A stretch of DNA of 63,147 nucleotides, the filler included, from Octopus bimaculoides (Eukaryota), in NCBI RefSeq assembly GCF_001194135.2. It is 4 parts of 4 records of this genome, joined end to end, with 100 filler letters (N's around TTAATTAATTAA, not from the genome) between each part and the next. Parts side by side here need not be neighbours in the genome. Positions count along the whole stretch, not along the records: positions 46,052 to 61,955 come from NC_068994.1; positions 62,056 to 63,147 come from NW_026404342.1; 2 more parts are not named here. One strand, written 5' to 3'. Shown here piece after piece: positions 61,401 through 63,147 of this stretch. A program made the translations under genes and the position numbers. Each line of letters opens with the position of its first letter. Position 1 is the stretch's first letter. The notes beneath the pieces are model-generated. The model had not been told where the DNA came from. It did no database searches and saw only the letters and a program-made list of their open reading frames with translations.

Positions 61401-61450
61401 TATTAAAATGTCTCTGAGAGACATGACTAATGGACGCTATTTCAGCCCTC
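58433..61450 (-). mobile_element. L1-Tx1 LINE with decayed ORF1, APE domain and internally deleted RT
   Basis: ORF2 ATG at 60385 (MAIVRAGCINVRG), DVIAASETRI, NVYAPTG, VGDWNA; RT RSITLLNADYKILAKVLAKRL...LDQSKAF then jumps to the C-terminus; tail ccttgtggccaataaagaaag then (TTA)n. Confidence 0.92.
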
Positions 61451-61629
61451 CGGGTTTTGCGTGATACTCATCTGAGATAAATGGTCTTTCTCTCTTTTGG
61501 CTTTATTATTTAGGGTTGTACTAGTTCTGCGTTCTTACTACCCTCAAACCGGATGATGTATTTTGCTTTTTGTGAGTTCACACCTTTTGTCGTCCAATGG
61601 TATCACATAATCTCTCTTTTTGTGTTTGC

Positions 61630-61690
61630 TACTCTTTTACTCTTTTACTTGTTTCAGTCTTTTGACTGTGGCCATGCTGGAGCACCGCAG
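61630..61690 (-). mobile_element. CORE-SINE tail fragment
   Basis: actcttttactcttttacttgtttcagtc...ggccatgctggagcaccg. Confidence 0.75.
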
Positions 61691-62958
61691 ATCTTTTATT
61701 TTTGTTATTGCTTTTGTTGTCGTCGTCGTTGCTGTTGTTGTTACTACTGCTGCTGCTGTTACTGTTGGGATGATGGTGGTGGGGTTGTGGCCACTTCACC
61801 GTTTCGACTCTTCACACCGCTGCCACCGCCTTCAATTGTGTTCTTAATTGCTTTGCTACTATAGCAGCCGCCGCCGCTGCTGTTGCTGCGTCGCCGCCGC
61901 TGCTGTGATCACCATCGCTGTTGTCGCCCCGCCGCTATCATTGCCGTCACTGCTGNNNNNNNNNNNNNNNNNNNNNNNNNNNNNNNNNNNNNNNNNNNNT
62001 TAATTAATTAANNNNNNNNNNNNNNNNNNNNNNNNNNNNNNNNNNNNNNNNNNNNGTGTGTGTGTTTTATTTTTACATATATACATGCATACACACATAT
62101 ATATATATATATTACATATATTACATATATATATATATATTCTATATATATTACATATATATATATATATTATATATATATATATATATATAATATATAT
62201 TACATATATATTATATATGTTATATTGCATATATATTACATATATACATACATACATACATACATACACAAAACCCAGAAACATACATGGACCAATTAAC
62301 CAGATTACATGACCTTTCTTACACTTCTCCAATTTACATGATTACTGTACTGCCACATTACTTAATCCGAGGTTCGACCCTTATCAGGCAGATGTATGAG
62401 TAAAGACACGCCAACCCTGCCAACTCACTCAATCTTAGAGTCACCTAGCATTGCATTACATAACGTGTCTTTATCTAAGACAGTATAGCTGTTAATTCAG
62501 AGAAAAGATTTGGTTGCTATTTCTCAGCATGTCGAACAACCACACTGAGGTTTCGTCATAGGTTCATCTGACAGATGTAGTAGAGGAGTAATATGAAGAG
62601 TTTGTGAATCAATGGCAGCATTGCAGAGTGATGACGATGGTTGCAGCGGTAGTGGTGGAAAATAAAGGGGATGTAAAAGACAGCTGATCAAATTTCATCA
62701 AGCATATTTTTGTTACACAGCTGATTTCAGACCGCAACTCCTGTTGAGTAGCTCAATGTTGTTGTTGTTCTTTCTTTCTTTCTGTCTTATAGAATTAGCA
62801 TGGTTCATGAAAGGATTTTCATTGCCATGCATTCTATACATACACACACACACACACACATGCATATATAGACACATACATAGAGGGTTGTATAACTTTA
62901 GAGATATACAGAATATATTTTGACAAGACCTCTTATTGTAAAAATGTGATGGTGAGTG

Positions 62959-62996
<38 letters not shown>

Positions 62997-63006
62997 NNNN
63001 NNNNNN

Positions 63007-63090
63007 TCCTGGGGTCGATTTGCTCGACTAAAGGCAGTGTTCCAGCATGGCCGCAGGGAAATAACTGAAACAAGTAAAAGAGTAAAGAGT
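63007..63090 (+). mobile_element. CORE-SINE tail fragment
   Basis: tcctggggtcgatttgctcgactaaaggc...ctgaaacaagtaaaagagtaaagagta. Confidence 0.8.
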
Positions 63091-63147
63091 ACATACATAT
63101 ACACATATACTTACATATACACCTATACATATTATATGTATATATAT

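Noticed and set aside
61430-61480. Possible third hammerhead (cagatga...gaaatagcgtc, minus strand)
   Set aside because: Core has CAGAUGA instead of CUGAUGA and stems II/III do not pair.
1-63147. Prokaryote-type systems, Fanzor/TnpB, endogenous virus, LTR retrotransposon, rRNA or snRNA genes
   Set aside because: No RuvC, integrase, capsid, LTR or structural-RNA signatures were recognised in the ORFs or sequence.

Overview
Repeat-dense animal genomic scaffold with many N gaps. The SINE families, (AT)n/(AAT)n load and TTAGGG repeats fit a cephalopod such as Octopus (inference). No intact, nameable host gene is visible. The window is a mosaic of decayed mobile elements. Retroelements: L1-Tx1 LINEs (an ORF1-only copy, a decayed ORF2 copy and an internally deleted copy), R4/Dong-type RLE LINE fragments in (AAT)n arrays, Penelope-like fragments with hammerhead ribozyme motifs, RTE and CR1 3' fragments, and many CORE-type and Meta-type tRNA SINEs. 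DNA transposons: two hAT transposase pseudogenes, Tc1, mariner and Tigger remnants, and several MITEs. Most notable: an ORF1-only 'half-Tx1' element whose 3' tail resembles a Tx1 LINE and a Meta-SINE here; foldback elements with telomeric repeats at their centre; a well-formed minimal hammerhead ribozyme; a tRNA-like module fused antisense to a Penelope ORF; and a few phase-compatible candidate host exons. Repeat boundaries are estimated by eye (about +/-20 bp unless TSDs or TIRs are quoted).
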